Shown piece after piece: positions 27,056-40,712 of a stretch of DNA of 64,000 nucleotides. The notes under the pieces are model-generated. The model made no database searches. It saw only the letters and a program-made list of their open reading frames with translations, and was not told where the DNA came from. The translations under genes and the position numbers were made by a program. Each line of letters starts with the position of its first letter. Within the stretch, counting starts at the first letter, position 1. This DNA is from Podarcis liolepis (taxonomy: Eukaryota): assembly GCA_965112155.1 (NCBI GenBank), contig OZ218099.1. One strand, written 5' to 3'.

Positions 27056-30000
27056 TCAAAGACTCCTTCACCTTGACTCACACTCTTCAGGATGCCCTCA
27101 TTTCCCTCCTGAAGTGATGGACTCTTTTTTACATTCCACTGGTTCAGCTTCAGATTGCAACCACCTCTATGGATTGCTCACTGCCAGAATGGCTATTTAT
27201 TCCAATACAGAAGTGGCATAAAAATAACACATACTTTCCCCATCTTCATATCCCAGTGCCCACCAATCTGGAATTGTGCTGGAAGCAACACCCATATGCC
27301 TTTCGCAGTTGGAGGCAGCCAGTTTGCACAGATCGAGCTGGGATATCTTCACCTCATCATGACCCCAACATGCCAGAAATGGAAAGAACTAGGCAGCACC
27401 CAAGTCCTGAGCAAGAGTGTTTGTGTCTCGAGTCCTGAGGCAGAGAAGAGTTGGCAATATACTCAAGGTCCTCTTTGTGTTCTGAAGTCAGGTTGCTTTG
27501 TACACGGCACCCTCTGTGTGTGTCCACTTCCCATCACCACAGTTCTTCATTGTGAACTTGATAAGTGTGCATGACCTACTCAAAATATTATTAAAATCGG
27601 CAGTAGCAACAAGAAAACATTTACCTTTTACATATCTGGATTGGCCTGCACAAACAAAAATATTTAAAGCAGGTGCAGAAAAGGATATTGCAAAGGCGCT
27701 TGATTGATGTCAATAGGCAGGGAGCTCCAAAGTGTAGTGCCACCCTAAAAGGTTGATTCTCCTATTACAGGTGCCCCACCAGTTGATCTTTCTCTGTGGG
27801 CTTCTATACAGGTGGTGGTGTGCTGTGACTAGAGTGCTAGGTTAACACCATATCGTCGGCTCTTTTGCAGGATTTTCCCATTGGCATGGGGATAATAGTG
27901 CACAGTTGGGCCATCCCTATGTGCCATGGTCTCCACCACTATTGCACTTCCCCCAGCCTGACAAACATCTCGGTGGAGCACGGTTGTGATTTGTAGGCCA
28001 GCATGCAGAGGCCACCCTCCGTGCGTGTCATTGTTCCTGTGTAAATCAATGTCTGACCATAAACAGCTGGAAGCTGGCCAGATCAGTGCTAAAATTCAGC
28101 ATGCAGGGGTGGCAGGAACATGCATCCCACATATGCCTTAGGGGAAGCTATAATGACGGGGGTATAGACACTGCATGTAAAGTTATCCACAGCTTGTTCC
28201 CTGTTAATTTGCAGAGCCATAGATCCCCCTGCTTATGAAGCAACCAGGTAAATTATTTTCTGCTGCTCCTGTTTTATGAGCAGTCAGGTCAGGAGGGGAG
28301 AAGGGGGGCAGGTGTTGGATTCCTTAGACCTGGCAGTGCCCCTCCTTGTCCTGCAGCCCACAAACAAAGGCCCCTTGTTCTGCTGGCTTCATAAAAGAGA
28401 GAGAAATCTACCTCTCCAAGGGCGTGCTAAGGCAGCCGGTTAAGCAAACACACAGGGAAATGGGGATCAGGGTCATGGTCTCATTTCCTGCCCCCCTAGG
28501 CTGAGGAAGTTGCTAAGAGGTGGGTGGGTGGAGTGGTGTCCACTAAAGCAAGGACGACACAGGTCCCTCACTGCTGGCCCAGTGCCTGTTCTTCCTCACG
28601 CCTGAAGAGGGTCTCGGGGCCTTAGCAGTCTTTTATCACCTGATGTTTTTTTCTTGGATACTGATACCTCAGAACTGAACCCTAAAAAGGGTGACTGAGA
28701 GACATGTTTGAAAGAAAGAGTTATAATGCTCAAGGATAAGTGAATGGTTTCTTGGGGCTGCTTAGGGATAATCTGCTCCACACTCAAATTCTGTCAGCTG
28801 GCAAAACTTCATGACAGATTTTGAACTGGTAGTAGTAGGTACCGGTAGGCCAGGCTGAAAAGGATGAGTTGTTTTCTCAGTGCTTTTAGGTTGACTGCTT
28901 TTGGTATATCTCTTGTGTGCTTTTCTTATCTGAAGAACTTTCCTCAGATATGAAATTTACCTCAGAATCCCCCCTTGAGTTCTAGGTTGTTCCTTTTTTA
29001 AAAAGGGAAGAAATTTTGCACTCACTGAACAGGCCAAAGGTTTTCTGTGGAAACCACCTTGAATGGGTGTCTTCTCTCATGGCTAAGAGTTGAAACCTTT
29101 AAAACACCTACATAGGCTGAAAACAGCAGCTTCTTATGGAGTTGTTGCTATCTGGCATCAGAAAGGTAAGTCCTACAGAAAGAAAGCTAGGGAAGAAACC
29201 CTATTTGGGTATTCTTCTAACATGGATTTTCATGCAGATTCTCATATATTTCTGTATTTTCTTCCTTTTTATGTATTATGGTGCTTCTAGCAATTTTATG
29301 CTTGCACGTACACACACGCACTCCAACTCATGTAGGCCAAAGGTGTGAAGTGGAGACTATGTAGTGTTGCTACCCATCCCTAGAAAAGTGTGTCCCATTT
29401 GGACTTCAAACAGGATACCATTCTCCCCATATTCAAACTCCTCCTCCTCAAAACACTGTAGGCAGAGGGTGGGGATGAGAGGGGGAGTTTCAGATAGAGA
29501 GTTTTTTCATGGACAGGGAGCAGGGAGAAGAAATTTGCAGAGACCTCATCCATCCATCCATCCGGTGGAGAGCAGGGGAGATTGGGAAAGAGAGTTTTTG
29601 CGTGGACAGAGACTGGTGGGTCGGAGAGCGTGAGCGGGGTTTTGTAAACCGTGTACCTTTGTACAGTAATGGATTGCTTTGAAGTCATTTATGCATTGGT
29701 TAAAGTAATTTTTAGGGGCCCCCCCATTCTACCTGTATTTTGTCTGAGCTGTCCTTTATTTTGCTTGACCAAAGGCGGCAGCCCTAGCTCTAAGTCACTT
29801 GGGGACCCTCCACACACAAAGGAGGCTCTTGTCTTCAGATCTTTGCCTTGCTATGAGTTGGAGGGTGATGAGGGGTGGAGTTGGAGGCAGAGGGCCCAAA
29901 TAGAGTCACCCAGCAAGTGGGGCTAAGGGGGCATTGTCTGACCAAATGTTGTGTGTGAGAGAGAGAGTGGGATGGGGGGAGCACTGCTGCACTAAAAACT

Positions 30001-32088
30001 AATGACGAGCAGAACTGCCTTGAATTTTATCCTCCTCAATGTTACTCTGGAAGGTAATCTCAAAGCAGATCCTTCCTATCTAAATTGGCAGCATTTGACA
30101 GATCAACACTCTGACATAAGGCTCACTTTGGGAGCTGTGATGGCTGAAATAATAGTAAGCTAGCAATGGACAAGTCATTTTGCAAAGTCTCATGACAGGA
30201 GCACATTTGTAGTGATGGTTCTCCCTCTAGTGGCAGAAAGTCACATTGTTACTTGAGGTTAAGGAAGAGAAGATACTGTATGTTTGTCCTGCCATCCTTG
30301 TATCTGCCTCAACTGTGGGGACATGATGCAGACCACTTTTGTGGTTTCTAGAAGACATTTTATTATGATTGGAAAGGCAAATGAATTCAAAGCTCTCTGC
30401 ACTGGTCATTTGCTAAATCTCTTCTGGAGAAGTCAACGTATGAGATACTGAAACTCTGTCTTTATGCTTCGGTTTCCTAAGCAGCAATATCTTGTGGGGA
30501 TTCTAGTCAGCTGTTCCATCTCACTCTGTGTGTTCTAAAATCCATTTTCCAGCAGCTCCTCCAAATCAGACTGAGGCCAAATCCTGCTGGAACTGGTAAG
30601 ATGATAGTGTTTGATCAGTTTCAGTGTCCCATCTCCCCCAGCATCCCGTTTCCAGCATGGGACAACCAGATGCTCTAGAAAGTCCATGTGCAAGGCACAT
30701 GTCCCCCGAATCTGGCATTTAGAGATAAGTTCCACCTGTTATCCTCCCCCCCCCCCAAACAGGAGTGTTTTTGTTCAGGTTTCCTCCCTAATGGCCTCCT
30801 TCAGTATATTATTATATGCTGCAACAAACTCAAGCAGGGTATTCTGCCCACTCCACCCACTGTGGTTTTCTGTATTTCTTTTCCAATTGACACTCAACAT
30901 TCTGTACGTACTGAGCATGCTGAAAATGCATTGGGCATATACTACTAATACCCACCTAGGAGGAATCTGGTTTGGTTTTTTTGCATTTACAAGCAGCATT
31001 ATAGGCAAAAGCACCTCCGACTTAGCATGAAATGAAGAAAAATAACTGTATGGAACTATTCAGGAGTCATCAGGTGTCAAGGGTGCTCCTTAGCCAAAGG
31101 AATGCACGCAGTTGATAGTGCTTTATTGTCAAAGCTGACACTTACAGTAGCTCCTTGGCTCTGAATACCACACAAACTTGTTTAGTATCTAGGCAGCTTT
31201 TCCCAGGTCTGTGCTCTATGGAGCAGTTGCAGCAACAGAGGGCCATTCACTCTCCACTAGCTTATGTGTTTTCCCCCAGTGGGCTACGCACACACAGCCA
31301 GAGGCTGTGCCTGTGTGGAAGCTGCCTCTGCACTTCCCACATCAGTTCTCTCTTGGATCTAGGAGACAGTGGTGCAGGAGAGGGGGGCACCCGGAAGCAC
31401 CCAGCCCTTCCCTTGCCTAGCCTAACCTGTCTATTTCTCCTCTACCCTCCAGCTCTGAATTTTCCCCTGTCTCCAACTCTTGCCTTCTGGCTAGAACAGT
31501 ACCTCACAATTTACTGCCCGTTCTGCAGAGTCAACTCCAGTCCCACTTCCCTTAGTGCACACTAGTCAGCATCCTGCCAGTCCCTGATATTGGGTGCTGT
31601 TTCTTCTGCAAATGTCTGTCCTTGTTTGGAAGATGGATCCCAAGCTCTGCTTTTTGGCAAAGGCATTCATCTTTTTTCACAAGAGTATTAGTACCTTATC
31701 TCAGGAACAAGGCAAGTCAGTATGTTTTAAGTTTTCTTCCCGTATAACTATTTTTTTTTACTTAAATTCATATTATTTAAAGTTTTACATGTGCATTTTT
31801 AAAACATGGAAATAGCAGGTAAATAATACTAATAAAGATTCCTCAGCCTCAACAATAACATTTTGTTTTATCCTTTAAACACTTACTGATTTTTTTTTCT
31901 TTGCTGCCAAGCTTCTGTAGGCAATAAAGAAGACATTGTTCCATAGCAGTTAGTTGATGGTCTCTTATTTTTATTTTTAATGTGTTTTTATCGTATATAG
32001 GCAGTCTAGTTGTAAACCACTTAAATATTTTTATGATCTAAATATTTTTTTTATAAATAAATAAATAACCCTACCCTACCCAACATCT

Positions 32089-32457
32089 GGGACACGGGTG
32101 GCGCTGTGGGTAAAACCTCAGCACTTAGGACTTGCCGATCACATGGTCAGCGGTTCGAATCCCCGCAGCAGGGTGAGCTCCCGTCTTCCGGTCCCAGCTC
32201 CTGCCCACCTAGCAGTTCGAAAGCACCCTTAAGTGCAAGTAGATAAATAGGTACTGCTTTACAGCGGGAAGGTAAACGGCATTTCCATGTGCTGCGCTGG
32301 TGCTGGCTCGCCAGAGCAGCTTCGTCACGCTGGCCACGTGACCGGGAAGTGTCTCCGGACAGCGCTGGCTCCCAGCCTCTTAAGCGAGATGGGCGCACAA
32401 CCCTAGAGTCGGACATGACTGGCCCGTACGGGCAGGGGTACCTTTACCTTTACCTTT
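32089..32457 (+). mobile_element. Full-length Sauria SINE (Squam1/POM-like)
   Basis: tRNA-like head with B box GGTTCGAATCC, (ACCTTT)n tail, TSD TACCCAACATCT / TACCCAACATTT. Confidence 0.92.
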
Positions 32458-32885
32458 TACCCAACATTTATAACATATAGTTCAACCACATATACAAACT
32501 TCTAAGAGGGAATAAGCAAGTTCACAAGAGACAAAAGACGGGGGGGGGGATGGAAGGAGGAATAACAGAAGGAAAGGGAGCAGGGAAGGTGAGTTTTAAT
32601 ATTCCCTTGCAGATCTAGATCAAACAGTTCCAGGAACAATGGCTAAATAGATCTCATTCACCTCCCATTAGTTAATCCTATTGCAAACCTGATTAACCAT
32701 TACTGTCCATTATAAACACATTCCATTATTATTTCCAGAGAGGTGGCCACATCGGTCTCTTGCAGCAGAAACAAGAAGAGTCTTTTGGCACCTTAAAGAC
32801 TAATGAAAGTATTATGCCATAAGCTTTGGTGGACTTCATCAGATGCATGAAGTGCTTTCCTGAATTGCAGGTACATCAGTATATA

Positions 32886-33246
32886 CAGTGGTCCCCCGCA
32901 AGACGAATGCCTCGCAAGACGGAAAACCCGCTAGACGAAAGGGTTTTCCGTTTTTGAGCTGCTTCGCAAGACGATTTTCCCTATGGGCTTGCTTTGCAAG
33001 ACGAAAACATCTTGCAAGTGTTCCGATTTTTTCCGCTCCCCCCCTTTTTCTAAGCCACCAAACCGCTAATAGCCTTTTAGCCGCTAATCCGCTAATCCTT
33101 TAATAGCCGCTAAGCCTTTAATAGCCGCTAAAGTGCTAATAGCGCTAATCCGCTAAGCCGCTAATAGGGTTGCTTCGCAAGACGAAAAAACCGCTAGACA
33201 AAGAGACTCGCGGAACGGATTAATTTCGTCTTGCGAGGCACCACTG
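32886..33246. mobile_element. Tc1/Mariner (Tigger-like) MITE with internal GCCGCTAA-type tandem repeats
   Basis: TIRs CAGTGGTcCCcCGCAAGACGAA / TTCGTCTTGCGAGGCACCACTG, TA on both sides. Confidence 0.88.
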
Positions 33247-33858
33247 TATCTCCATGTGCATATGTACCTGCAGAAACTCACAAATTAAACAATCCATTTA
33301 AAAACCATGTTGGGGGGAATGGTTCTTTGAATTAGGCAGCACCAGGCACTCCCTGCAAGTATTCCACAAATAACTGGGTCATACTTTAGTATATATTCAC
33401 CTGTCAATAGCACTCACATTTTAGCAGAGCCGGTGTAAGAGAGCACTGCAATTGAATCTGTGAGATCTGGATGCTGTTCTTAGTCAAGAACTCATTGTAT
33501 GTAGATAACATTGTCCCTCACACTCATTTCTACTTCTGTAAATCACCCAAAAAAATCTAATTTGCAGGTCATATTTATTAATAGTTTGGGGGTGATTTTA
33601 CAAGTAGTTTTTATTAGCCTCCCCATCTTGAGGGAATTGGAATGGCCCAATCAAGCTAACTGTCCTCTTTCAAGCTGTGATAAAATTCACTCAGAAGCCA
33701 GAGTGAGGTGGAAGCAAAAGGGCCATTTGGAAACCAATCCACTGTAGCTCTCCCTATGCTACTATAGCAGGAGGAGTGAGGTGTGACTTGGAGGGAGGGG
33801 TCTGCTTTGACAGTGTTGATGCTTCCCTCCAGGTCAAGAGCAAATAGAAAATGGAAAC

Positions 33859-33944
33859 TGCTGAGTTTAGCATGCGGGGGGATTTGAGGGGCTTTATCTC
33901 AGGAATAGATTTGAGCAGCTGCTGAGCAAAGCAAGTCAGATTAA
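33859..33944 (+). promoter_or_regulatory. Candidate rod-type proximal promoter module of GNAT1 (two Maf/NRL-like sites plus a CRX site)
   Basis: TGCTGAGTTTAGCA (33859-33872), TGCTGAGCAAAGCA (33920-33933), AGATTAA (33938-33944), ~310-395 bp upstream of the ATG; motif match only. Confidence 0.55.
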
Positions 33945-34252
33945 ACTAAGAGGCAGGTCCTGCGGGTGTATTGCTCCAGGCTCTTATTCACCTGTTCTCA
34001 CTTCACATTGGCCAATACTGACCATCTGACCCCCACCGGGTGGCGAAGTCCTCCCACCTGCAAGGCAGAAAGTGGCTGGTGCTGGAAAGGGGCGGGAGCA
34101 GCCATCAATATTGAAACATCTCAAGGGTGCAAGACTAGGAAGGTTCTGTGTGGAATACTTCTGGGCTGGACAGAAAGGCCAAACCACAGCAGGACGTGCT
34201 GGAGGTCCCACAGAGGCTTGTCGGGATCCTCTCTTGCTGAACGAAAAAGACG

Positions 34253-34358
34253 ATGGGTGCAGGCGCCAGTGCAGAGGAAAAACACTCCCGTGAGCTGGAG
34301 AAGAAACTGAAGGAAGATGCTGAGAAGGATGCCAGGACAGTCAAGCTACTGCTTCTTG
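34253..34358 (+). CDS. GNAT1: Rod transducin alpha, coding exon 1
   Basis: [36 protein letters not shown]|gtaagt; N-terminus diagnostic for GNAT1. Confidence 0.97.
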
Positions 34359-35763
34359 GTAAGTCCACCCCCACAGGCGGTCACTAAGGCTTTGCCCTTG
34401 TTGTGACTTACTTCTCCCCCTTGCTGACCCCCCTCCCAATACTCCCATTTCTTAGCACATCTGAAAGCTGGTGCTGTAGATGTTTGTGGTGAACGTATCT
34501 GTACCTTTCCAACAGCAGCTATTTGGATCCTCAAATTCTGAGGAACCTGCCCAATGGCAGTGCTACAGAGCCAACAAGGCATTATTGCAACCGCTCCATC
34601 CCCCTTTTCCATCTCAGTGTGGGGCTTTGTCCAGTGGCATAGTGTCTGGTTCTTATGAGGCAAGGCAAGGGTGAGTGCAAACACAACACAGGGAAGGAGG
34701 TAGCAGCACGTGTGTGTGCGCGCACACACACACACACACACACCATCTCCTGCCCTTAGCTGTGATGCCCTCATCATTGTGTGTGTGTGCCTGCACCGTT
34801 TGTTTTCTGTGAAGCATTGCAGCTAAGCTGCCCATGGCCCAGATCACGTTATCTCTGCCATAAAGGTGAGCAGTGCTTAAAGCAATCTTAACCAAAGCCT
34901 TTGGGCCCAGGTAATCCTCCACAGCTCACTTGCGGCAGCACCAGCATAGATCCATGTCTGGAGGGAAGTTCATTATAAGGAAAGAAAGAAAAGACATGCC
35001 CTGTGAATTGATCACTCACAGGGCCACCATGACCTCGCAGCCCAAGTCAGCAAAGCTATTACAACAGCCCTGCTGTCACCATACTTGGAATAGTTATTCC
35101 CCCCCTTCTACCATAACATGCTCTTCCCCTCCCTTCCCCAAACTTGGCATGTATCCGTCAAAGTTTGAAAAATATAAAAGAGGTAGAGAGGTAGGCTTGT
35201 CAACTGACCCCAAACCCCAGCCTGGACTGCTCTTGGGCACTGCCCTTCAATCTGCAGTGATTGGCAATTGAAGCTTTTCACAGCAGGGAGGTACCTGCTG
35301 TAAGTATCTGCACATTGAGCAGCTGTTAAAGGCACAACTACAATGGCTGGTTGGAAACTGGCAGCCCTGGATGATTCAAGGCCTCTCCCCGCCTCTGGTT
35401 GTTTAATGTTGTATTCATCCCCAAAGTGTATTAAAAGCAAAACTGCTAACACGCTTCATGAACCCATATATTGCAGCTGCTAAGGCAAAAACTGCTAAGG
35501 TGGTTTGGATTGTGTATTCTAAACATATCCAGGACAGGCTGTGTGTCATATATAGCTCTGTCCTCCAACACTGGACAATGGCCTGGGGGTGGGAAGCAAC
35601 AGCCCGAGGGACTACCCCTGCTGCCCCCATCCTTCACTCTGCCTCACCCACTTCACCTCACCATAAACCTCCCAGCAGGTCATTTCTTGTGGATTTTGTG
35701 TCATAGATTTTTGAGTCAAATACAGATTAAAATCTCTTTTCCTTTCTATTTTTCCCTCACCAG

Positions 35764-35806
35764 GAGCTGGAGAATCAGGGAAAAGCACCATTGTCAAGCA
35801 AATGAA
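35764..35806 (+). CDS. GNAT1: Rod transducin alpha, exon 2 (P-loop)
   Basis: cag|GAGESGKSTIVKQMK|gtatgt; 43 nt. Confidence 0.96.
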
Positions 35807-36726
35807 GTATGTGTGTGCACAGGCAGCTATTCCTTGCCCACTACAATAACTCTTAAAGAGTGATAGTGAAACTGTACTAATAGGAATTCCTTAGCATACC
35901 CAATTGCATTCTCATCTGGAAGAGACTAGTAATGCAGAAGTGCAGACAACCCCCCTTCTTACAAGGCCACTACACAGACTATGTTTTTAGGTGCACACCC
36001 ATGATGTTTTAAGTGAACACCTAAAAGCACAGTGTTTGTACACAGCAAGCATGTTTGCACATACAAGTACATCCTTCAAGGCGCGGATTACTGCTCCCTG
36101 TAAAGCGTGTACTCGTTGCCAGCAGCTGGAGGGGAATGCAGTCAAACATGCTGGGAAAGAACTGCTGGCTGGCTTTCTGCATTGTTTTTATCTCCATGGT
36201 AGGTAATTTCCTCTAAGAGTTGGGAGAGGAAGAAGGGAAAATTAGCTGGTCACCTCCCCACCCACAGCTTTCCCTAAACCTAGAGACATTTCCTCCACAC
36301 ACACTGTTCCAAAGGTTTCTTTCTGGCAAAATATTCTGAAGCCATTTCTAAAATCTTTGTTCTTCATGGTGGATTTGCTTGACTCCCGTCTAACCAGACA
36401 GTACTGCTAAACTTTTCATGGCCCTGGAGAGACCTAAGCTGGTAGAGGCCTTTCTGACACATGCAGCAGAATGAAAAATTATTGTTGTTGTTGTTGTTGT
36501 TGTTAACAACCCACCCTTCACTTTGAAGTCTCAGGGCAGGTTACAGCATTAAAACACTTCAGCATAGAGTCATGTGCTGGAACGGCTCCAATGCCAAGCT
36601 AAGTGTCTGTCATCTCTGGCCTCTGGCCCCATTAGCTGGCCTCTCAGCAGTTCCCTCCCTGCCCAACATCCTTTAGCACACTAGTCAAGACCTGCTGGAT
36701 TGATTTTCTGCCCTTACCTTTCACAG

Positions 36727-36868
36727 AATTATCCATCAGAATGGTTACTCATTAGAGGAATGCTTGGAGTTCATCTCCATTATTTACAGCAATACTTTGC
36801 AGTCCATGTTGGCCATTGTGAGGGCCATGGGCACACTCAACATCCAGTATGGAGACTCAGCCAGGCAG
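36727..36868 (+). CDS. GNAT1: Rod transducin alpha, exon 3
   Basis: [47 protein letters not shown]; AG/GT boundaries; 142 nt. Confidence 0.96.
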
Positions 36869-36907
36869 GTGAGTTACTGAGGAGTGGACTTTCTCCCAAT
36901 GGGAATA

Positions 36908-37261
36908 AAAAAAAGGTAAAGGACCCCTGACAGTTAAGTCTGGTCATGAACGACTCTGGGGTTGTGGCGCTCATCTTGCTTTACTGGCTGAGGGAGCCAA
37001 CATTTGTCCGCAGTTTTTCCAGGTCATGTGGCCAGAATGACTAAGCTGCTTCTGGCGAAACTAGAGCAGTGAACGGAAACGCTGTTTACCTTCCTGCCGG
37101 AGTGGTACCTATTTATTTATTTACTTACACTTTGATGTGCTTTTGAACTGCTAGGTTGGCAGGAGCAGGGACCGAGCAACAGGAGCTCACCTCACCGTGG
37201 GGATTCAAACCGCCGACCTTCCAATCGGCAAGCTCTAGGCTCAGTGGTTTAAACCACAGCA
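36908..37261 (-). mobile_element. Sauria SINE (second subfamily), antisense in GNAT1 intron 3
   Basis: AAAGGTAAAGG tail on + strand, B box on - strand, perfect flanking direct repeat CCCAATGGGAATA (36895-36907, 37262-37274). Confidence 0.9.
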
Positions 37262-37384
37262 CCCAATGGGAATAGTCATCTATTAATTAATCTATTTATT
37301 GTTATCATAATCAGAGGCTGATTTAAAGGGAAGGGCATTGGGGTGCTTTATTGCACTTAACTTTGCCTCCTTTCTCAACTGCAG

Positions 37385-37542
37385 GATGATTCCCGGAAGC
37401 TGCAGCACTTAGCAGACACCATTGAAGAAGGCTGCATGTCGAAGGAGATGTCCGACATTATCTGCCGGCTCTGGGAGGACACCGGCATCCAAGCCTGCTT
37501 TGAGAGGGCCTCAGAGTATCAGCTGAATGACTCGGCTGGCTA
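37385..37542 (+). CDS. GNAT1: Rod transducin alpha, exon 4
   Basis: [53 protein letters not shown]; 158 nt. Confidence 0.96.
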
Positions 37543-37908
37543 GTAGGAACCCATTGCTTACACCCCTTGAGGCAAAGGCCCCTTGAGGCAAAGTTACCAC
37601 AGGAGCGCAATTCTATTTATTTCATTTATGAATCGCTTCCTATGAAGCATCTCAAAATGATTTCACAATACAATAAAAACATCAGTAAAACAACACACAC
37701 ACACAATTTAAAATCTAATGCATATAATGACTAAGGCTTTTTAAAAAATCCTCTTAGAAGGTTTGTTGAAAGAGGAAATCATCTTCAACAGCCACTGAAA
37801 AAGCAGCAGAGATGGCAACGACTGGGTGCACCTGGAGTCACACATCTCTTCCCACTGAACTAACATAGTTGCATGTTTGGGAACTTTCTTAAGACATTTA
37901 TATTGGGA

Positions 37909-38695
37909 ACTTTCTTTTTTCCCCAATATATTTTTTATTCATTTTCAAATACAAATTTAAACAACCAAATCTCATTTCATCACAAATTTCCCCTTTTTTT
38001 TACTTCCCTCAGTTTCTCTGTCAATCTTCCGTTTAATTTCTATTTTTAACGCATTTCTAATTACATATTGCCTTTAGAAATCTCTTCCCCCCCTCTTGAT
38101 CTCTTTTTTACAATATTCCTCAATTCTTCACAGAGCCTCTTGGAAACCCACAAACGTTGTTTGCTCATCACATAATTTTTTCAGATAATCTGTAAACCTT
38201 CCCCAATCTTCAGTAAACTTTTGATCTCGCTGGCATCGAATCTTCCCTGTTAGTTTGTCCAATTCTGCGTATTCCGTCAATTTCAGTCTCCACTCTTCCA
38301 CAGATGGTAATACTTCCTGTTTCCATTTCTGGGCCAGAAGTATTCTCGCTGCAGTTGCTGCGTATTAGAAAAGTTTACAGTCCTTCTTATTAATTTAATT
38401 TCCTACCATTCCTAAGAGAAAGGCCTCCGGTTTCTTAACAAATGTATATTTCAACATCTTTTTCAATTCATTATATATCAATTCCCAGAAACCTTTCACC
38501 TTCTTACATTCCCACCACATGTGATAGAATGTCCCTTCTTTTTCCTTACTTATTACATGTTTTATACATTTTTGCTAGTTTTACTGGTGTTATATACCAT
38601 CTATACACCATTTTCATTACATTTTCCTTTAACACAGTACATGCCGTAAATTTTAATCTTTCATTCCATAGTTTTAACCATATATTCTTAAGAGA
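37909..38695 (-). mobile_element. 5'-truncated L1-clade LINE (ORF2 C-terminus + 3'UTR), decayed
   Basis: Minus-strand translation KMVYRWYITPVKLAKMY...GTFYHMWWEC..VKGFW...AARILLAQKWK with stops; T-rich tail on + strand. Confidence 0.8.
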
Positions 38696-39297
38696 TATTT
38701 GTGCATCTCTGACAGAATATGCCTGCTCCATAGGCAAGCCCAGCAAGCATAGAAATCTAGGGGAGAGCAAGTCCTTATGCTCAGCCACTCTTGGGCAGCC
38801 TTCACCCGCTGCAACTGACAAGGTGCTTCCCTAAGAAGCAGAAACTTGAAAGGTAATTCAAGAAGGAAGGTTGAGATCAGGAAACTTCAGCTTTGCTGAA
38901 TTTGAGCAGTACAGCAGAGTACTTAGCAGCCACCTTCCTGCTGCTGATTCTTTAAGAACAATGTAATTTTTTTCTGATACAACCTGCCACTCACCTTGTC
39001 CAACGCACATGGCCACAGGAAACACAGGAAGCTGCCTTAGACCATGGATCCATTGGGTTCAGTATTGCCTAGACTTAGTAATGTCTACACTGACTTGCAG
39101 AGACTCTTCAGGGCTTCAGGCAAGAGTCTCTTCCAGCCCTTCTTGGAGAGATGTCAGAGTTTGAGCCTGCCAGCATGCAGAGCAGGTGTTCTGCCCCTGA
39201 GCCCTGGTTCTTCCCCATTGTGACTGCCCACTCTGAAGACCAGAGGTCTCTCAGGTCTAGTTCACATGGTAACCCCGGTACCTTTCTCTATTCACAG

Positions 39298-39426
39298 TTA
39301 CCTGAGTGACCTGCCGCGACTAGTGGCCCCTGGATATGTCCCCACAGAGCAGGATGTTCTCCGCTCCAGGGTTAAGACCACGGGCATAATTGAAACCCAG
39401 TTTTCCTTCAAGGACCTCCACTTCAG
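39298..39426 (+). CDS. GNAT1: Rod transducin alpha, exon 5 (switch I)
   Basis: [43 protein letters not shown]; 129 nt. Confidence 0.96.
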
Positions 39427-39892
39427 GTATTGTATGACTGTGGCTGGCGGACAGCCGACCATTAAGGAAGATTGCAAATGAGGGTGGATCATGCATCTGT
39501 GGAAGCAGTAACTGGTACAGCATTGTGATGAAAGGCATGAGTTTTGACTCCCCCTCCCAATCCACCACTGGAACTCCCAATTCAGCCATGAACAGGATGA
39601 TTGGTTTTAGGCAAGCTGCTCCCTCCTGGCCTCCCCACTTCCACCTGTGGTATGATAATATTGGCCTGCTTTATAGCACTGTGCCAGTGTACGGGAAGGG
39701 CTTTGGGCAATTAGGAAAAATCATTCCATAAGTACCAAGTATTATCATTATTAGTGCACTGGGGAGGGATGTAATTTAGTTAACCTGTTCTCCATTTTAC
39801 GTCATTCTGGGGATGCTTTCAATCTTTCCTTTTTGTACGCCAAAGGTCGGACAATAAATCAGTATAGCAATAGGGGCTGCCCCTGTTTAAGA

Positions 39893-40060
39893 GAGCCAGT
39901 GAGGTGCAGTGGTTAGACAGTCAGCTGGGGCGGGGAGCGGGGATGGTCCCAGGTTAAAATCTCCACTCAGTTAAGAAGAATCTCACTGGGTGACCTTGCG
40001 CAAGTCTGTATTGTTCAGATGAAAGTACCCCCAGAGGGTTGTTGGAAGGAGATAATGCAA
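39893..40060 (+). mobile_element. Old degenerate tRNA-derived SINE
   Basis: GGTGCAGTGGTTAGA head, CTCACTGGGTGACCTTG core; related copies at ~40738-40920, ~58962-59170 and reversed at ~6262-6345. Confidence 0.5.
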
Positions 40061-40511
40061 GTTGAAAACTTTCCTTTAATGGGAAAAAGGAGAGAGAGAA
40101 AGGTACATAATTTAAATATCTTGTACCTCTGTTATTCATGTAATTGATAATCCAGCACAACCCTGATAGGTATACACAATGGTGTAATTAGGTGATTTTA
40201 GATTTTGGGCTAAGTGGCCTTACCAGAGGGAGCGGAGGTTGGGTGTCTCTTTAAGATGGTCCTGTGTATTACTTCACTCACTTCAAATTCTGGGAAGCCA
40301 TCTCTGCTGTGCTTGTCCCCTTGTCATTCTCACTCAGTCCCAGAGATAATAAATGCTCACCCGTCCAGTTTGACGGTCAGCTCTTCATTCACCTCGTCCT
40401 TAAGGACCACGTTTTGGGGCCCCTATGGCTCACTGCAAACCTTTCCCCATCAATTTGCAGTAACACATTGGGGACTGCTGGGGAAGGCTGTTCAGAACAA
40501 GCCTGTCTTAA

Positions 40512-40712
<201 letters not shown>

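Noticed and set aside
33050-33170. Short repeated units resembling a CRISPR or iteron array
   Set aside because: Irregular 8-12-bp tandem units without unique spacers, inside a eukaryotic MITE.
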